A stretch of 64,000 bases of DNA, from the NCBI GenBank assembly GCA_047947115.1, contig CP170459.1:1632001-1696000 (forward strand), read 5' to 3'. Each line of letters opens with the position of its first letter. Within the stretch, counting starts at the first letter, position 1. The notes beneath the pieces are model-generated. The model was given only the letters and a program-made list of their open reading frames with translations, was not told the DNA's origin and did not search any database. Shown here one piece after another: positions 60,292-64,000 of this stretch. Origin of the DNA: Verrucomicrobiota bacterium (GTDB lineage: Bacteria; Verrucomicrobiota; Verrucomicrobiia; Limisphaerales; AAA164-E04). A program made the position numbers and the translations under genes.

Positions 60292-63200
60292 ATGCAATTA
60301 TTTTTGAAAAAAGCATTGCTCGCCATATTATACTTTTCTTGCTCCTGCCCCATTTGGGCAGCAGAGCAAGCAGCACATGTTATAGCGAGTGGTTCGGTAT
60401 CCGAGTCCGGTGGATTCACTAACCACTCTGCCATCGGCCAATCATTCGCATATTTATCAGGCAACGCTGCTGGGGCGTTCGTGAATTATGGTGGGTTCAT
60501 CAATGGCTTTGAAGGCGGTTTTGCCGTTGATTCAGACGGCGATGGTTTGAGTGACGAGGAAGAGCTTGAATTGGGGATCAATCCGAACTCTAAGGACACG
60601 GATGGTGAAGGCCTTGAAGATAAGGCGGAAGTTGATTTTGGAAGCAATCCCTTGATCCAAGATACTGATGGAGATGGATCCAATGATTACGAGGAATTCC
60701 TCAATGGAACCGATCCCAATGTTTTTGACATTACCTACGAGTGGCCTGAACCATCTGCTATCGTTTACGGCACGCCCTTGCCAGAGAGTGCGTTTGAAAT
60801 AACCACCAATGTTGAGGGTAACGTTTCCCATCCCTTTGGCATGGCCAAGCCTGGTGATATACTCAATGCAGGTAATCGGCTTTTGGCGGTTAATTTTATT
60901 GCAAATACAGGTGGAACTAAGCTCCTTACTCAAAATATTTCCGTCACCCAAATGGCCATCAACCTGATTTCTGCTGCTGATTCTTACCCGTTTGGTTCTA
61001 CCCTAGAAGATATCTTGATAACATCCGCTGGATTTGTGAATGGTGATTCTTATGCTGACATTGATGCAGCTCCAGCACTAGATTTTTCCCAGGTCAATTT
61101 CTCATTGCCCGGGGCATACACTGTTTCCTATTCCGGTGCCATTGATAACAACTATTTCATTGCTGATGGGGCCTTCGAAATCAGCATCAGTAGTGAAGGG
61201 TTTGATTCCTTCTCATTTCTTACTGAAGATCTGGTAGCCTATTTTCCTCTGGATGGTAATGGACTGGATTTCAGTGGTAATAGTCACCACGGCGAAGGTG
61301 ATTTTGAGTTTGCGGAGGATCGATTTGGCAGATCTCGGGCAGCTTACAAATCAAACACCGAGACATTCTTTTCAACTGGTCCAACAAGTCACCCAACAGG
61401 TAATGCATCATTTACCTACTCTTGTTGGTTTAATGGAATGAACGGACTAAGCGATCCAGATATCCTAATTGCGACTGGCGGTGACCAGGAACACGAAGCT
61501 TCTTTTTTTGGGATTAGTAACGACCAACTTGTTTTTGATACCATTGGAGATGTCTCCGAGAAAGGACAGATTCCATCGAATGGTTGGCATCACGCTGTTT
61601 TTACAAAAAATGGAAATAGTGCGTCTTTTTATCTAAATGGTAATTTTGTCAGTGATGCACACATTACCCAGCAAAATATTGAAGTTACCAATATCAGAAT
61701 TGGTTGGAGCGGATATTCGACCATGAACAAAGGTCAGCATTTTGTTGGTTCAATAGATGATGTTCGCATATACGACAGGGCCCTAGATAAGAATTCCATC
61801 AAGTTGATTTATGCTTATGAATCAGACGAAACCAATTATCCATTCGTAAACAACTCCCCTGTGGCCTCAGACCAAACATTGAACTTAGGACAAGGATCCT
61901 CAAAGGAGATTAAGCTTTCTGCCGACGACCCGGATGGTGACTCCGTCGTTTTTTCTGTAATATTGAACCCGATCAACGGTACCCTCAGCGGTACGGCACC
62001 CAATCTTATCTACTCTCCTAATGCCGATTTTGTTGGCACAGATACCTTTACCTTTAAAGTGAATGATGGGGACTTGGATTCCAATGTGGCTACGGTGACC
62101 ATCACGGTGAATCCCGTTGAGGAAATATTCGTTTGGGACCCATCGGACATTGTCTATGGTCAAGATGCGTTGATTCACATCTTTAACGCCACTTCAACAA
62201 TTCCAGCCAGTATCTTCTACTTTGACGCTGATACGAAACTACCGTTCGTGGCCGATTCCAAACTCTCAGCCGGTGAATACTCCTTGGAAGTTTTATTCAT
62301 GCCAGATGACCTTGCATCCCACCTGCCTAAACGGGAAAGCGCTACCATTTCTGTATCCAAGGCCCGTCTGGATGTCGCTGTTCCGAGCATTGAAGTGGAA
62401 GTAGGGGGCCCCATCCCAAATTTAGGTATTTCCTACTCTGGATTTGTCTGGGATGAGACCCCTGAATCGCTCATCTCAGCACCGATCATCAATCTGGGTG
62501 TTATTGATTTTGCTACGCCTGGAGTCTATCAGGGTAGTCTTTTGGGAGGTGAATCCTATAATTATGACCTGGTCGTAAATCCATTCACCATCACGGTCAC
62601 TCAGCCTGGGATCCAAATTGTCTGGGATGATTTGCCTGAGCTGACCTACGGGGATTTGTTGAGCGACAATGTGCTGAATGCCTCAGCCAATGTGCCTGGT
62701 TTATTTGTTTATCAGCCAGGTCCAGGTTCGCTGCCCGATGTGGGCCAAACCATTGTCAAGGCGACCTTTGTTCCGGATGATCTTGTCTCCTACTTGCCAG
62801 TGGTGACACAGAAGACCTTGATTGTTAATAAGAGGACGCTTGAGGTTTCCATGCCTGATTTGGAGGTCGAAAAGGGCAGCCCTCTCCCAGCGCTGACATC
62901 CTATGAGATCTCAGGGTTTGTGGGGCAAGATGCGGAAGGTGATTTGGACAACCCACTTGTCTTCAGCATTCAGGGTGGGAACCCTTCTCAAGTGGGGCAG
63001 TATCCCATAACAATGAGTTTTGCTGGTGATAATCAATATGTAGTGAACTTTTCTGGTGCCAAGCTGGTGATCACTGAACCTGTGTTCGTTAGCCAAATTC
63101 AGTGGGCTGAGATACCGGATAATTCACTTGAATACGGAGACATTCTCGATGACAGCACTCTAGGTGCTCAGTCAGAGGTGCCCGGGCTGATTATCTACAC

Positions 63201-64000
63201 ACCTCCTATGGGAACCCGAGTGGATGTCGGTGAGCTGACCATCAGGCTCACTTTTGTCCCCGATGATTTGATTGATCATAAGACAGAGGTCATCACGCAA
63301 ACCGTTTCGGTTGCCAAGCGTCGATTGGTGGCGACAATGGAAGATGTCTCGGTCATTCAAGGTCAATCTGATGTTCCACTTGATCGCTACCAGGTTACAG
63401 GTTTTGTCGAAGGTGAGTCTGAAGCGGACTTGGATAATCCAATTGAATTTAAGGTTGCTGGAGGTATTCCTGCGCAGCCAGGTTCCTACCCCATTGAGAT
63501 GATCTTCAACGGTGATGACCACTATGAAGTGATGTTTTTGGGGGCGAACCTCGTCGTGCAGAGTGTGCAGCCGGAACTTTCATGGGTTGTCACAGATCAC
63601 ACCTACGGTGATAGCATTGCGGCCAATGTGCTCACCGCATCAAGCAATTTACCTGGCGACATCACTTACCGAATCGTCGGTAGCGACGAGACTGTTGACG
63701 CCAATACCCAACTTGGTGCTGGAAGCCATACCATCATGGCCACCTGGACTTCCGGTAATGCCGGAGTGGAGCCGATTAGCGAAATCAGACAGGTGAATAT
63801 TGCCAAGGCGCAGTTGTTACTCACAGTTCAGCCTTTGATTGTGCAGCCAGGTGCCGCCTCAGTGCCACCAATTGATTATGTCATTGAAGGTTTCCAGTAT
63901 GAGGAGACAGAGAGCGTCTTTACCTTTACCCTCATATTCGACCTCGGAGGTAGTTACAAGAGACCAGGTGAATATCCTCTGACATTGTCTGCCAACTGGC
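60292..64000 (+). CDS. Giant secreted adhesin-like protein (more than 1236 aa, runs off the window): DxDGDG repeats, MBG-like repeats, LamG-like and Ig/cadherin-like domains
   Basis: Frame 1 from MQLFLKKALLAILYF, read as open to 64000; DSDGDGLSD; LVAYFPLDGNGLDFSGN..WHH..GSIDDVRIYDRAL; DDPDGD..YSPNADFVGTDTFTFKVNDG; repeated W..YG / GFV.G units. Absent from the ORF track because it has no stop in the window. Confidence 0.85.
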   Translation, partial: MQLFLKKALLAILYFSCSCPIWAAEQAAHVIASGSVSESGGFTNHSAIGQSFAYLSGNAAGAFVNYGGFINGFEGGFAVDSDGDGLSDEEELELGINPNSKDTDGEGLEDKAEVDFGSNPLIQDTDGDGSNDYEEFLNGTDPNVFDITYEWPEPSAIVYGTPLPESAFEITTNVEGNVSHPFGMAKPGDILNAGNRLLAVNFIANTGGTKLLTQNISVTQMAINLISAADSYPFGSTLEDILITSAGFVNGDSYADIDAAPALDFSQVNFSLPGAYTVSYSGAIDNNYFIADGAFEISISSEGFDSFSFLTEDLVAYFPLDGNGLDFSGNSHHGEGDFEFAEDRFGRSRAAYKSNTETFFSTGPTSHPTGNASFTYSCWFNGMNGLSDPDILIATGGDQEHEASFFGISNDQLVFDTIGDVSEKGQIPSNGWHHAVFTKNGNSASFYLNGNFVSDAHITQQNIEVTNIRIGWSGYSTMNKGQHFVGSIDDVRIYDRALDKNSIKLIYAYESDETNYPFVNNSPVASDQTLNLGQGSSKEIKLSADDPDGDSVVFSVILNPINGTLSGTAPNLIYSPNADFVGTDTFTFKVNDGDLDSNVATVTITVNPVEEIFVWDPSDIVYGQDALIHIFNATSTIPASIFYFDADTKLPFVADSKLSAGEYSLEVLFMPDDLASHLPKRESATISVSKARLDVAVPSIEVEVGGPIPNLGISYSGFVWDETPESLISAPIINLGVIDFATPGVYQGSLLGGESYNYDLVVNPFTITVTQPGIQIVWDDLPELTYGDLLSDNVLNASANVPGLFVYQPGPGSLPDVGQTIVKATFVPDDLVSYLPVVTQKTLIVNKRTLEVSMPDLEVEKGSPLPALTSYEISGFVGQDAEGDLDNPLVFSIQGGNPSQVGQYPITMSFAGDNQYVVNFSGAKLVITEPVFVSQIQWAEIPDNSLEYGDILDDSTLGAQSEVPGLIIYTPPMGTRVDVGELTIRLTFVPDDLIDHKTEVITQTVSVAKRRLVATMEDVSVIQGQSDVPLDRYQVTGFVEGESEADLDNPIEFKVAGGIPAQPGSYPIEMIFNGDDHYEVMFLGANLVVQSVQPELSWVVTDHTYGDSIAANVLTASSNLPGDITYRIVGSDETVDANTQLGAGSHTIMATWTSGNAGVEPISEIRQVNIAKAQLLLTVQPLIVQPGAASVPPIDYVIEGFQYEETESVFTFTLIFDLGGSYKRPGEYPLTLSANW

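Larger units (their letters stand above)
49832..64000. mobile_element. tRNA-integrated genomic island / satellite-like element (right end outside the window)
   Basis: att fragment, integrase, primase/helicase module, IS elements, visibly more AT-rich segments. Confidence 0.8.

Noticed and set aside
1..64000. CRISPR array, cas genes, reverse transcriptase (retron/DGR), rRNA
   Set aside because: No regularly spaced repeats and no RT or Cas motifs were seen by eye

Overview
Bacterial chromosomal window. The gene content (H-X9-DG prepilin-like proteins, LTD/CotH proteins, Cys-less FmdB-like protein, shared C-terminal FYR-type domains) points to Verrucomicrobiota/PVC; this assignment is an inference. 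1-49.8 kb is mixed core and accessory genes: PPP phosphatase, mutT-like, a ParD/RelE-type TA pair, MoxR+DUF58, a cobalamin-riboswitch-controlled secreted protein + pilin-like operon, a broken WbuX/WbuZ-type glycan-modification cluster, purK, tRNA-Val, moeA, ubiE/menG, fdhD, prmC, murA, a PksC-like acyltransferase, and a sigma28-driven flagellar block (fliC, fliD, fliS) with several inactivating-looking lesions. From about 49.83 kb to beyond the window end lies an integrated element. It is bounded by a tRNA 3' fragment and carries an integrase, a putative xis/SSB, a primase, a helicase, an iteron-like origin, two abutting IS elements and a giant adhesin-like gene that runs off the window. Best candidates for new biology: (1) a B12-riboswitch-regulated pilin-like plus secreted-protein module with no BtuB, (2) a shared C-terminal sorting-like domain on unrelated secreted proteins, (3) the satellite-like island, (4) an unannotated structured leader RNA before a small Zn-ribbon ORF. 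All calls were made by eye from motifs; no searches were run.
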